Source: a candidate division WS6 bacterium GW2011_GWF2_39_15 (GTDB taxonomy: Bacteria; Patescibacteriota; Dojkabacteria; SC72). Taken from it: 64,000 nucleotides of DNA. The notes under the pieces are model-generated. The model ran no database searches and was not told where the DNA came from. It was given only the letters and a program-made list of their open reading frames with translations. This document shows, one piece after another, positions 27,129 through 37,262 of this stretch. The translations under genes were made by a program, and so were the position numbers. Positions within the stretch are counted from its first letter, which is position 1; each line of letters opens with the position of its first letter. The stretch is taken from assembly GCA_000993565.1 (NCBI GenBank), contig LBWK01000002.1:160620-224619 (forward strand), in the 5' to 3' direction.

Positions 27129-29144
27129 ATGGATGCATCACAAAGAAGTGACCTGATTGGGCAGAGAAAAGTCAGACTGGAGAAAATCGAAAAGTTGAAA
27201 AACATGGGTATTGATCCATATCCTTCAACCAGCCTAAGGAACATCTCTAACCAGGAGATTATTGAAAACTACGGCAAGTATGAGAATAAAATGGTTACTG
27301 TTGCCGGTCGGCTTATGTCGTTTAGGGAACACGGTCAGCTTGTTTTTGGACATATTCAGGACCCTACAACTAGGATTCAGTTATACATAAAATCAGATAC
27401 TCTTCAGAAAACAGATGCCCGAAACCAAACATTAGGTTTTGAAGATCTTGAGCTTTTAGACGTTGGAGATATTGTTGAAGCAACGGGAATTGTAACGAAG
27501 ACTCAGAGAGGAGAGATTTCTATACTTCCGAGTACAGTAAGGCTTTTGACCAAAGCAATCCGACCCCTCCCTGACAAATGGGCGGGATTACAGGATAAAG
27601 AGGCTAAGTTCAGGCAAAGATACCTGGATCTAATAATGGATCCAACCAAGAAAGATAAGTTTGTTTCAGCCGCAAAAATCCTCTTTGCTATTAGATCCTT
27701 CTTGAACGATAGAGGGTTTCTGGAGATTAAGGTGCCGGTACTCCAACCTTTATACGGCGGTACTAACGCAAGACCGTTCAGCACGTATATGAACGCTTTA
27801 GGTACAGACTTCTACCTTGCCATTGCCCATGAGCTGTATCTTAAAAGGCTCATAACAGCAGGATTTGAGAATGTATATAACATGACAGGGTACTTTCGAA
27901 ATGAAGGTATAGACCGTACTCATAACCCTGAGTTTCAAATGCTTGAGACTATGACTGCGTATAAAAACTATGAGTATAACATGGAGCTTCTTGAAAGCCT
28001 GTATAAACATGTCGCCAAGAATGTAATGAACAAAAATGTATATAAAGTAGCGGGACAGGAAATAGATCTAATGGGCAAATGGAATAAGATCATGATGATC
28101 GATGCTATCAAGAAGTATGCTGGAGTTGATTTTGACAGAATAAAAACTGTTCAGGATGCCCACAAAACTCTTGATGAGCTGGGATACCAGGGAACAAAAC
28201 CAGATACAATTGGAGAGTGCATGAAAGAGGTCTTTGAGCTGAAAGTTGAGCACCAGCTTATACAGCCGACTATTGTTTACGGCCATCCAGTTGAGATATC
28301 TCCTCTTGCGAAGAGGATGACAACCGACCCTCGATTTGTAGAAAGATTTGAGGTGTTTATTGGCGGTGTTGAACAGGGAGATAACTGGAGTGAGCTTAAT
28401 AATCCTGTTGAGCTTTTTGAGAGGTTCAAAGAGCAGAGTCTCTCCAAAAAGATGAAGGAGAGTGATTCTGCACACCCTATGGACATAGAGTTTATCGAAA
28501 CTATGGAATACGGTATGCCTCCGACAACAGGCTTAGGACCAGGCATTGAAAGATTCCAGATGCTGTTTACAGAGTCAGAATATATAGACGATGTAATATT
28601 CTTCCCGTTAATGAAACCTGCTCCGGTTACAAGGCTTCAAAAAGAAATTTATGGTGAAGAGGCCTTAGAAGGGAATGAAAAACTTCTAGGAAAAGGGTCA
28701 GGGAAGAAGAAAGACATTGAACAGGATATGTCAAAAAAAATGGTTGTAGTGCTTAATAACTCGCTGGAAGGTTGGAAGATTACAAATACGGTGGGGCATC
28801 TATGCGCATATCTTGGAAACAACATAGAAAAGAATAGATTTGCAAGTGTTGACTCATTTGAGTTTGCTGACGGTAACACGATACCATCCAATTCACAGTA
28901 TCCGGTAGTTGCACTTGGTGCTACAGACTCTCAGCTCCATAACCTTTATGAGAGGGTAAAAGAGAAGGGAGATGTTATCCACTTAGTCTATACCAAGGAG
29001 ATGCTGGATTTTAAAGAGGATAAAGATCTTTCCAAAGCCATTTCCAAAATGAGTATGAAAGATGGTGAGATATATGGAATAGGTATATTTGCTGATGTTG
29101 ATACCATTAAGGAGCTCACTGGAAAATTCAGCCTGTATAAATAG
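27129..29144 (+). CDS. lysS: Class II lysine--tRNA ligase with C-terminal DUF2000/PTH2-like domain
   Basis: GIDPYP, VAGRL, RQRYLDL, ELYLKRL, FRNEGIDRTHNPEF, YGMPPTTGLGPGIER; about 140 extra aa from 28728. Confidence 0.95.
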   Translation: MDASQRSDLIGQRKVRLEKIEKLKNMGIDPYPSTSLRNISNQEIIENYGKYENKMVTVAGRLMSFREHGQLVFGHIQDPTTRIQLYIKSDTLQKTDARNQTLGFEDLELLDVGDIVEATGIVTKTQRGEISILPSTVRLLTKAIRPLPDKWAGLQDKEAKFRQRYLDLIMDPTKKDKFVSAAKILFAIRSFLNDRGFLEIKVPVLQPLYGGTNARPFSTYMNALGTDFYLAIAHELYLKRLITAGFENVYNMTGYFRNEGIDRTHNPEFQMLETMTAYKNYEYNMELLESLYKHVAKNVMNKNVYKVAGQEIDLMGKWNKIMMIDAIKKYAGVDFDRIKTVQDAHKTLDELGYQGTKPDTIGECMKEVFELKVEHQLIQPTIVYGHPVEISPLAKRMTTDPRFVERFEVFIGGVEQGDNWSELNNPVELFERFKEQSLSKKMKESDSAHPMDIEFIETMEYGMPPTTGLGPGIERFQMLFTESEYIDDVIFFPLMKPAPVTRLQKEIYGEEALEGNEKLLGKGSGKKKDIEQDMSKKMVVVLNNSLEGWKITNTVGHLCAYLGNNIEKNRFASVDSFEFADGNTIPSNSQYPVVALGATDSQLHNLYERVKEKGDVIHLVYTKEMLDFKEDKDLSKAISKMSMKDGEIYGIGIFADVDTIKELTGKFSLYK

Positions 29145-29244
29145 GTTCTTAGGAGTTGTTTATAACGTCTATAAGCCTCTTTTATATTGCTTTATCTATC
29201 ATCATTATATATATTATTATGACTAGATATACCAATTCTGTATA

Positions 29245-32200
29245 GTGAAAAGATCTGTCCAAATCAATTTAAGAAGCTTCTTTACAAGGAAAATCACCAT
29301 ATTTAAGTGGCAGTTCAATCTTTTTGCATTCGTATGTATTTCGATAGGTGTTGTTTTAGGCCTTTATGCGGGAGCAGTAAATATTTTCAAATCATATGCT
29401 GTTAACGATACTTTTCAGACTTGGACATTCAACATAGCCAATGCAAATAACTATACTTATGATAGTGAATTTATAGCCGTTAATAATAGCGGTGCACATT
29501 TGGGAGTGAACAAATTAACAAATGGGAGTTTGGATACTGATTTAGCAGGATGGAGTGATGCCCAAAGCTATATTATTAAGGATGAGTTCACAGATACAAG
29601 AGCTGGTGGTAGTGTTAACGGAACAAGTGCGACACCAACAGGAGGGCTGAGAAGTGTAACAGATACAAATAGTAAATTGAGTATAGGTGGAGGGTCTTTA
29701 ATATTTACAACCGGTGGGGTTGCTGCCGGTGACCCAGGATTACGATATAGTTCTATGAGTAGAACACCGGGAAGAATTATCTATGGGAAAATTACGCTTG
29801 ATAATGTTGGTAATAGCGGTTATACAACTTTTGGTTTTGATGATAACACAGTGACAAGGATTGAAGATGGTGCCCTGTTCTATGACGGACGGGTATATCA
29901 CTTTGGAGCTGGGGCAAATGTCGGGGAAGATGTGTCAAAAGGGGTGGAGTATGATACCGCAGTTATTCAACGAAGCTCCGGGTCATACCTGTTTCTTAAA
30001 GGTGGGATATATACAAGCTGGACTTTGATAAGTATCAGTAACACAGGATCATTTGCAACGACATATCCTGGTTTCGGGGTTTATACTAGCACGATCAGTG
30101 CATTGGCTGCGGGTTTGATCCGCGTCCCTACTACAACATGGATACCAACGCCTTTAGCGTACGATACTTTTACCAGATCTGATGGGAGTGCAGGAAGTAC
30201 AGAAGCAGCTGGCCCGGATAGTCAAACCACTGAAAGGCTTTCATGGAGTACCGGTACTATTTCGAGTAATGGCATGAAAATAACTCCTTCTGTGGGTAGT
30301 GAACTTGTAACAGATGGTGGAATGGAAAACTGGACAAGTGCAACCAATCTAACAAGCTGGACTGAATACTTAGCTGGAACCTCAACTCTAAATCAAGAAT
30401 CATCGATCACTCACAGTGGAAGTTACTCCTCGCGATCAGACATTGATGCTTCTGGTAGTTATGCACAGGCAGTGCAATCCCTTTCCGGGAGTATTGGTGA
30501 TTGGGTAGCTTCATCTGTATGGGGAAGAGCTTCAGCTAGTGGTAAGACATTTTACTCGATGTCTACGGGTTCACGAATTCTTACTGAAGCAGGGTCTGAA
30601 AATCCTGGAACTACATGGACTCGATATTATAACAGTTGGAGGGTGCTGTCCTCTGGAGATCTTAGTATTTGGCCGGTATACAGATCTAGTGCCTCTTCAT
30701 CTTCTTTATACCGTGATGATATCTCGGTTAAAAAACTCAGTCTTCCTTCTCTCTTCTCGGTATTATCTACCTCAGATTCAGATGTTCTTGCAGAGGTTAA
30801 TGTCACTATGGAACCTGGAAATCCTGCTGGACTAGTCCTAAATCTTGATTCAACAAGCAATCCACAGAATTTTGTAATAGCTTATCACGATGGTGGTAAT
30901 GTGAAACTGGAAAAATCTGTTGGTGGAGTATATACCTCTGTTCAAAGTACAGCTGTTACATATGTTGCTGGCGCTCCTTTGAAGGTAACAAAGACGGGTA
31001 CAAAGTATAAAATTTATTATAATAATGCTTTGGTAGGATCTGAACAGACAATTTCGGATGCAGGCATCATTAGTAATACAAATCACGGTGTATTTTCTAC
31101 ATATTCCGAAAACACATTTGATAATTTTGCCCTTTGGGCAAGAGGTTCCGGAGGTGAGTATAATGACATTCCTGCAGAGGATTTAACGGCGACATATGAG
31201 ACTACAACTAAGTATAGCGGAGCAGGTAGTGCAAAACTTATTACTTCCGGAAACAATGCTAACTTCCTTCAGAGTATTAATACCGGCGATACCAATGTTT
31301 ACTCTTTAGTTACCTACGCCTATACAGACGGTAGTGCTGTAACAAGTTCTGATCTTGTTCTGTATCACGACGGTTCAGTTGTACCAACTCAATTTACATC
31401 TGTAGGTGGAGGCTGGTACAGGTTAACAGGAACTATAACCGGTGCAGCATCGAGTAAAGATGTTGGAATCAGAGTTAAGGCAGGGAAAACTGTGTATGTT
31501 GATGAATTTCTTCTTTATAAACTCGGGGAAGTAACATTAACAAACTCCAAATTTGAAAGTGATGTTAGTGGATGGAGTGGAACACAATCATACCTGCTTC
31601 AAGATGAGTTTACAGATACAAGAGCAGCTGGGAGCGTTAATGGAACTAGTGCGACACCGACTGGAGGAGTCCGAACAGTTGCGGATACAAGTAGTCAGTT
31701 AAGTATTGGAGGAGGAAGAGTGCAAATCGGAGATGCACCGGCAAGTTACACAAATATTTCCTATCCCCAAATTACAAGGCAGTCTGGACGAGCATTAATA
31801 GGAAATCTTAAGAATAATTTTTCGTATAGTGCTCCAATGTTTGGTTTCGATGATACAGTTGGAGGGCAAATTGCTGATGGAGTCCGTTTTGCAAGCGGAG
31901 GAGGTTTTAGCATCTATGACGGTGCTCTGACTGCAGGTGTCGGAACATATGTAGCGGGAACTGATTATACGCTAGCGGTAATACAGAGAGCTGCAGGTAA
32001 CTATTATTTCATAAAGGGAGGGGCATACTCAAATTGGTCTCTTCTATACATGACTAACAATTCGACAGGAAACAGATATCCTAGTTTAAGTGCTCAAACC
32101 CCTATTACAAGTGTTTCCTCTGATTATATTAGAGTTCCCTCATTATCATGGCTTCCTACACCTCTTGCATATGATACCTTTACAAGAGCAGACGGAGTAA

Positions 32201-35200
32201 TAGGAAATTCTGAAACGACTGGACCTGATTCCCAAACTACACCTTCACTAGTATGGACAGGAGGAACAATATCGGGAAATAAAATTACTATTACGCCTGA
32301 AATAGGCTCAGAATTAGTTACAAATGGAAATATGGAAATAGGTGACCCTCCTAGCAGTTGGAGTAGTACGTCAACTTTTGATGGTGTGGCAGATGAAAGA
32401 ACAGGTGGTAGTGGTGCTCAATCAGTAGATATTACTGGAGTATCTGGTGGCGTCTTTCAGGACCTTTTATCCACAAATGGAACCTGGGTTTCAATATCAA
32501 ACTGGCAAAAAAATATTACTGGTGGGTTTCCAAAGGTTTTTGTCTATGGAGGTCCTGGTTATACAAACCCGATTTATGACAAATACGGAAGTAGCGATGG
32601 TTCTTGGCACAATTATATAGGCTCAGGGAGGGTTACTTCAACTGCACCAAGAGTTTATTTATATTTAACCACTACTGGGCATGAGTATCGTTATGATGAT
32701 ATCTCAGTCAAACCTTTAACCCTTTCATCCCTTTTCTCCACTGTCTCCACTTCGGATTCTGATGTTATGGCAGATGCTAATGTAACTCTAACTTCCGGTA
32801 CTCAAGCTGGACTAGTTTTAAATCTTGATTCAACGAGTAATCCTCAGAACTTTGTAATTGCATATCACGACGGAACAAATGTAAAACTCGAAAAATCAGT
32901 AGCAGGAGTATATACAACAGTACAGACAACTGCTGTAACATACTCAGCGGGTGCACAGCTCAGAGTTATTAAAGATGGTACTAAGTATCGTGTATATTAC
33001 AACAACACCCTTGTAGGAGCAGAACTTACAATCTCTGATGCGGGTATTATAAGTAATACAAAACACGGCCTTTTCTCAACATACTCTGGTAATACCTTTG
33101 ACAATTTCTCACTCTTTGCAAGGGGAACCGGTGGTGAATACACTGATATTCCTGCAGAAGATGTGACTGCTACATACAGTACTGTTCATAAATATACAGG
33201 TAATGGAAGTGCCTTGCTTTCAACAGGAGGTAATGACTCGAACTTTGTACAGAGTATAAACGTAGGTGATACATCTCAATACTCTCTGGTTGCATATGCA
33301 TATACTGATGGAAGTGCCGTAACGGCAAACGATTTGGAGCTATATTATAATGACTCAGTTCTTTCAACAACCTTTACGGATATGGGAGGTGGCTGGTACA
33401 AACTTAGTGGTGTGTTCACCGGTATTGCATCAAGCAAGGATCTTGGGGTGAGAGTAAAAGCAAGCAAAACAGTTTATGTCGATGATATATCACTATACCA
33501 GCAGTCTGCATACTCAATATTTAATACCGACGGATACTATAACCAGTTGGTCACATCATGGGATTCATTCTCTTCAGATGTAACCACCCCGGGAAGCAGC
33601 AGTATTAAATATCAAGTATGTACTAACGATGGAGACGTCTGTGAAAGCGGAGTGGGAGCAAACTGGAAATATTGGAACGGCAGTGTATGGTCTGCTGCCT
33701 CGAACCTTACAACACATACTAATACCGCAGCTCAACTTACCCAGTCAGTTATGCAGGAGCTGGACACGTTGACTCAGAAGATCTCAGTAAAAGTGATACT
33801 AAACCCTGATGGAATTAACTTCCCGAATATTGCAAATATGATTGTGGGTATGACTACAGATACAACTGACCCAGTCAATGCGACCCTATCCAGGTTTATG
33901 AAAACACCAACACTATCATGTGACTATACTGATAACTGCTGGACTGGGGTATCCACGCCTATTTTTGAGTGGGAAGGCGGAGATGATAATGAAAGCGGAT
34001 TGAAAGGATATTGTTTGTATTTTGGAACCGATGAAGCAGGAGACCCTGCTCATAACAAAGGGAAACTTGGAACATCCCCTGTTCCTGTTTCAGGAACATC
34101 ATGCCAATTCATTATCTCAGGTGAACAGCTGGATCTCTCGACAGCAGGATACCTTGGCACTGCTTTATCTAACGATGATACTTTCATAACATCAGCAAAT
34201 ACGTACTACCTCAATATTAAGAGTGTTGATAATGCAGGGAATGTCGTAAATGTAAGCGAAACAATTAGATTCCGATATGATGAAACTGCTCCTACGAATG
34301 TAAGTTATATATCTACACCTTCGGGTAACTTCTCTAATGTAGTTGATATGAGCTTCTCATGGCCGGTCTCCGGAGCAGGAATTTCACATGATGACGAATC
34401 TGATGTCTTAGGATGGCAGTATCAAATAAACTCTATGAGTGGAGAGTGGCAGGGTACTCAACATTCCGACCTTTATGATATTGATTATATTCCTTTAGGA
34501 GAATCGTCATATACATTAGCTGAAGTGAGGGACGGATCTTTTATAGTTTCAGGCGATAACATTATTTACTTCAGAACTGTAGATAATGTAGGTAATTTCT
34601 CCGGGACTTCGACTATAAGAACCGGAAATATATCCTATGGAGGCGAGGCACCTGATTTTGCTCCTACAGATATTGTCACGGTTACACCTACAACCAGCGA
34701 AACAAACAGCTATGCACTCTCGTGGCCGGCTGCGACGCCTTCCGTGGGTACAGAAGTGGCTCATTACTACTACATGATTAATACCCCGCCTCCTTCTACA
34801 CTTAATACGCTTCAGAGTAATACGGCAGCCTATCTGGATAACGGTACCTCATTAACGGTTTCTGCCAGAGCAATGTCAAATGTGAACAAGGGTTCAAACA
34901 CCGTTTATGTGGTTGCGGTTGATGATGCAGATGTGCCAAACTACTCTCCAAGCAACTACATAACGGGGACGTTTACTTTGGACTCTACAAATCCCGATAA
35001 TGTTGGAAATCTGGTGGTCTCAGACTCTTCAATTAAATCCCAATCCCAATGGAATGTTACCCTTACATGGACTGCTCCAGAGTATCAGGGGGCAGGTAAC
35101 CTATCATATCTTGTATACAGGTCGGAAGATGGAATTAGTTTTATTCAGGTAGGGTCAAGCTCAGGTTTTTCGTATGTAGATAGTGCTCCTGAATCAAGGC

Positions 35201-36528
35201 AGTATTTCTATAAAATTGTTACAAAGGACGGTGCTGATGCACTATCATCAGGTACAAATACCGTTACTATAATTCCGACAGGAAAATGGACTGCACCGGC
35301 AGACCTTGAGTCAGCTCCTTTTGTGAGTAGTATAACAACCAAGAAAGCACAGATAACCTGGAGTACATCTAGAGCCTCGGATTCAAAAATTGCATTTGGG
35401 ACAAAATCCGGACTGTATTTCGAAGAGGAACCGAGCAATTCAGATCAAGTAACGAGTCATTCAATTAATCTCTCAGGTCTCAACCCCAATACCACATACT
35501 TTTATGTTGCTAAGTGGACAGATGAGGATGGTAACACGGGGATCTCTGAAGAGAAATCGTTTAAGACGCAGGCCGCTCCGGTTATAAAAAATGTGTTGGC
35601 AAAAAATATAGGTTTAAGTTCTGCAATCATACAGTTTACCTCCAAGGGATCCAGCAAGGTGAAGATATATTATGGTGAAAGCTCAAACTTCGGAGGAGTC
35701 AAAGAAGTTCCGACGTCACCTATTGAGACTACATATACAGTTGAGTTAACTGGTCTTAAAGATGGCACCAAGTACTTCTATAAATTGAATGCTTTTGATG
35801 TTGAGACCAGTGAGTATGACGGGACTATTTTAGACTTCATCACCCTTCCTAAGCCGAGAATATCCGAGATAGTGCTCCAAGAGGTCTCCGGTACTTCACA
35901 GACAACAATCCTTGTTACATGGCAGACAAATACTGAGGTCTCCTCTATTATCACATACTATCCTGAGGGCAGGATTGATCAGGCAAGAGATGAGGTGATT
36001 GTTACCTTAAAGAAAGGGGAACATAAGATGATTATACGGGGATTACTTCCTCAAACGAGTTATTATCTTGTTGTTAAAGGTAGGGATAGGATCGGAAATG
36101 AAGCTGTCTCTGATTCGTATAAGTTTGCGACATCAACAGACAGTCGTGCACCGCAGATTTCCGGGATGCTGGTCGAAGGATCTACGATTCCCGCTGTATC
36201 GTCAACCGCTGAAGAGACAAAAGCTCAGCTTATCGTCTCATGGAATACGGATGAACCTGCAACATCACAAATTGAATATGGAGAAGGGACTGGTACATCG
36301 TACCCGCAGAAGACACAACTTGATAATAATCTGACTTTAAATCATATCGTAATTATTTCGGGTTTGAGTCCTTCAAAGGTATATCATTTAAGAGTCCTTT
36401 CAAAAGATAAGGCCGGTAATGAGGGTAAATCAATAGATACTGTCACTATTACGCCTAAATCAACAGATAATGCACTTAATTTGGTTATAACTAATTTACA
36501 GGAAATATTTGGTGTTCTTGGAAGGTAA
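29245..36528 (+). CDS. 2427-aa surface protein: N-terminal TM, duplicated CBM/ConA-like modules, C-terminal FN3 repeats
   Basis: Single long ORF, Ser/Thr/Gly-rich; FN3 motifs (ITWST..SDSKIAFG, LSGLNPNTTY, SWNTDEPATSQIEYG). Confidence 0.85.
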   Translation: MKRSVQINLRSFFTRKITIFKWQFNLFAFVCISIGVVLGLYAGAVNIFKSYAVNDTFQTWTFNIANANNYTYDSEFIAVNNSGAHLGVNKLTNGSLDTDLAGWSDAQSYIIKDEFTDTRAGGSVNGTSATPTGGLRSVTDTNSKLSIGGGSLIFTTGGVAAGDPGLRYSSMSRTPGRIIYGKITLDNVGNSGYTTFGFDDNTVTRIEDGALFYDGRVYHFGAGANVGEDVSKGVEYDTAVIQRSSGSYLFLKGGIYTSWTLISISNTGSFATTYPGFGVYTSTISALAAGLIRVPTTTWIPTPLAYDTFTRSDGSAGSTEAAGPDSQTTERLSWSTGTISSNGMKITPSVGSELVTDGGMENWTSATNLTSWTEYLAGTSTLNQESSITHSGSYSSRSDIDASGSYAQAVQSLSGSIGDWVASSVWGRASASGKTFYSMSTGSRILTEAGSENPGTTWTRYYNSWRVLSSGDLSIWPVYRSSASSSSLYRDDISVKKLSLPSLFSVLSTSDSDVLAEVNVTMEPGNPAGLVLNLDSTSNPQNFVIAYHDGGNVKLEKSVGGVYTSVQSTAVTYVAGAPLKVTKTGTKYKIYYNNALVGSEQTISDAGIISNTNHGVFSTYSENTFDNFALWARGSGGEYNDIPAEDLTATYETTTKYSGAGSAKLITSGNNANFLQSINTGDTNVYSLVTYAYTDGSAVTSSDLVLYHDGSVVPTQFTSVGGGWYRLTGTITGAASSKDVGIRVKAGKTVYVDEFLLYKLGEVTLTNSKFESDVSGWSGTQSYLLQDEFTDTRAAGSVNGTSATPTGGVRTVADTSSQLSIGGGRVQIGDAPASYTNISYPQITRQSGRALIGNLKNNFSYSAPMFGFDDTVGGQIADGVRFASGGGFSIYDGALTAGVGTYVAGTDYTLAVIQRAAGNYYFIKGGAYSNWSLLYMTNNSTGNRYPSLSAQTPITSVSSDYIRVPSLSWLPTPLAYDTFTRADGVIGNSETTGPDSQTTPSLVWTGGTISGNKITITPEIGSELVTNGNMEIGDPPSSWSSTSTFDGVADERTGGSGAQSVDITGVSGGVFQDLLSTNGTWVSISNWQKNITGGFPKVFVYGGPGYTNPIYDKYGSSDGSWHNYIGSGRVTSTAPRVYLYLTTTGHEYRYDDISVKPLTLSSLFSTVSTSDSDVMADANVTLTSGTQAGLVLNLDSTSNPQNFVIAYHDGTNVKLEKSVAGVYTTVQTTAVTYSAGAQLRVIKDGTKYRVYYNNTLVGAELTISDAGIISNTKHGLFSTYSGNTFDNFSLFARGTGGEYTDIPAEDVTATYSTVHKYTGNGSALLSTGGNDSNFVQSINVGDTSQYSLVAYAYTDGSAVTANDLELYYNDSVLSTTFTDMGGGWYKLSGVFTGIASSKDLGVRVKASKTVYVDDISLYQQSAYSIFNTDGYYNQLVTSWDSFSSDVTTPGSSSIKYQVCTNDGDVCESGVGANWKYWNGSVWSAASNLTTHTNTAAQLTQSVMQELDTLTQKISVKVILNPDGINFPNIANMIVGMTTDTTDPVNATLSRFMKTPTLSCDYTDNCWTGVSTPIFEWEGGDDNESGLKGYCLYFGTDEAGDPAHNKGKLGTSPVPVSGTSCQFIISGEQLDLSTAGYLGTALSNDDTFITSANTYYLNIKSVDNAGNVVNVSETIRFRYDETAPTNVSYISTPSGNFSNVVDMSFSWPVSGAGISHDDESDVLGWQYQINSMSGEWQGTQHSDLYDIDYIPLGESSYTLAEVRDGSFIVSGDNIIYFRTVDNVGNFSGTSTIRTGNISYGGEAPDFAPTDIVTVTPTTSETNSYALSWPAATPSVGTEVAHYYYMINTPPPSTLNTLQSNTAAYLDNGTSLTVSARAMSNVNKGSNTVYVVAVDDADVPNYSPSNYITGTFTLDSTNPDNVGNLVVSDSSIKSQSQWNVTLTWTAPEYQGAGNLSYLVYRSEDGISFIQVGSSSGFSYVDSAPESRQYFYKIVTKDGADALSSGTNTVTIIPTGKWTAPADLESAPFVSSITTKKAQITWSTSRASDSKIAFGTKSGLYFEEEPSNSDQVTSHSINLSGLNPNTTYFYVAKWTDEDGNTGISEEKSFKTQAAPVIKNVLAKNIGLSSAIIQFTSKGSSKVKIYYGESSNFGGVKEVPTSPIETTYTVELTGLKDGTKYFYKLNAFDVETSEYDGTILDFITLPKPRISEIVLQEVSGTSQTTILVTWQTNTEVSSIITYYPEGRIDQARDEVIVTLKKGEHKMIIRGLLPQTSYYLVVKGRDRIGNEAVSDSYKFATSTDSRAPQISGMLVEGSTIPAVSSTAEETKAQLIVSWNTDEPATSQIEYGEGTGTSYPQKTQLDNNLTLNHIVIISGLSPSKVYHLRVLSKDKAGNEGKSIDTVTITPKSTDNALNLVITNLQEIFGVLGR
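29509..33498 (+). repeat. Tandem intragenic duplication, two ~2.0 kb units (29509-31521 and 31531-33498)
   Basis: Shared blocks DEFTDTRA.GSVNGTSATPTGG, PTPLAYDTFTR, AGLVLNLDSTSNPQNFVIAYHDG, YAYTDGSAVT, GGGWY. Confidence 0.92.
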
Positions 36529-36529
36529 C

Positions 36530-37261
36530 ATGAATAAACAAACTGTTATAAAAATTGAAAGCCTGTCAAAATCCTTTCATGTAGGAATTCAGGACGTTCC
36601 TGTGTTAAGAGGTATTACACTTGATATTAGCTCCAGTGACTTTACCATTATTTACGGACCATCAGGTTGCGGTAAATCAACCCTTCTTCACACTATTCTT
36701 GGACTTGAAAAGCCTACATCAGGATCAATTAAATTTTTTGGTGTAGATCTATACTCCGCGGATTTAAATGAGGATGACAGATCGGAACTTCGAAAGAAAA
36801 GTATAGGAATGGTATATCAGCAGCCTAACTGGATCAAATCCCTGACCGTTATTGAAAACGTGGCTTTTCCTCTTTCTCTGATTGGCGTACCCAAGGTGAC
36901 TAGATTAGAAGCCGCAAAAAAGGAACTTGAGAAACTGGGAATGATATCGTGGAGTAATTATAAACCGTCGGAATTATCAAGCGGACAGCAACAAAAGGTA
37001 GCTCTTGCCCGTGCCCTAATCACTGATCCTCAGATAATAATAGCCGACGAGCCAACCGGTAACCTTGATTACGAATCCGGCCTTGAACTTATGAATGTCC
37101 TCGCTGAGCTTAATCTTGTTGATAGAAAAACTATTCTCATGGTAACACACGATCTTGAATATCTTAGATATACGAAGTCTTCAATTCACATGCTAAACGG
37201 GGAGATTGTTAAAGACGATAACAGTGTCATGTCGTATAAACGTAAATATATTGAGAAGTAA
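36530..37261 (+). CDS. ABC transporter ATP-binding protein (LolD/MacB type)
   Basis: GPSGCGKS, LSSGQQQKVALARAL, IIADEPTGNLD, VTHD. Confidence 0.95.
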   Translation: MNKQTVIKIESLSKSFHVGIQDVPVLRGITLDISSSDFTIIYGPSGCGKSTLLHTILGLEKPTSGSIKFFGVDLYSADLNEDDRSELRKKSIGMVYQQPNWIKSLTVIENVAFPLSLIGVPKVTRLEAAKKELEKLGMISWSNYKPSELSSGQQQKVALARALITDPQIIIADEPTGNLDYESGLELMNVLAELNLVDRKTILMVTHDLEYLRYTKSSIHMLNGEIVKDDNSVMSYKRKYIEK

Positions 37262-37262
37262 A

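Noticed and set aside
29509-33498. Diversity-generating retroelement template/variable repeat pair
   Set aside because: Both copies are in-frame coding units of about 2 kb, differences are not adenine-specific, and there is no reverse transcriptase.
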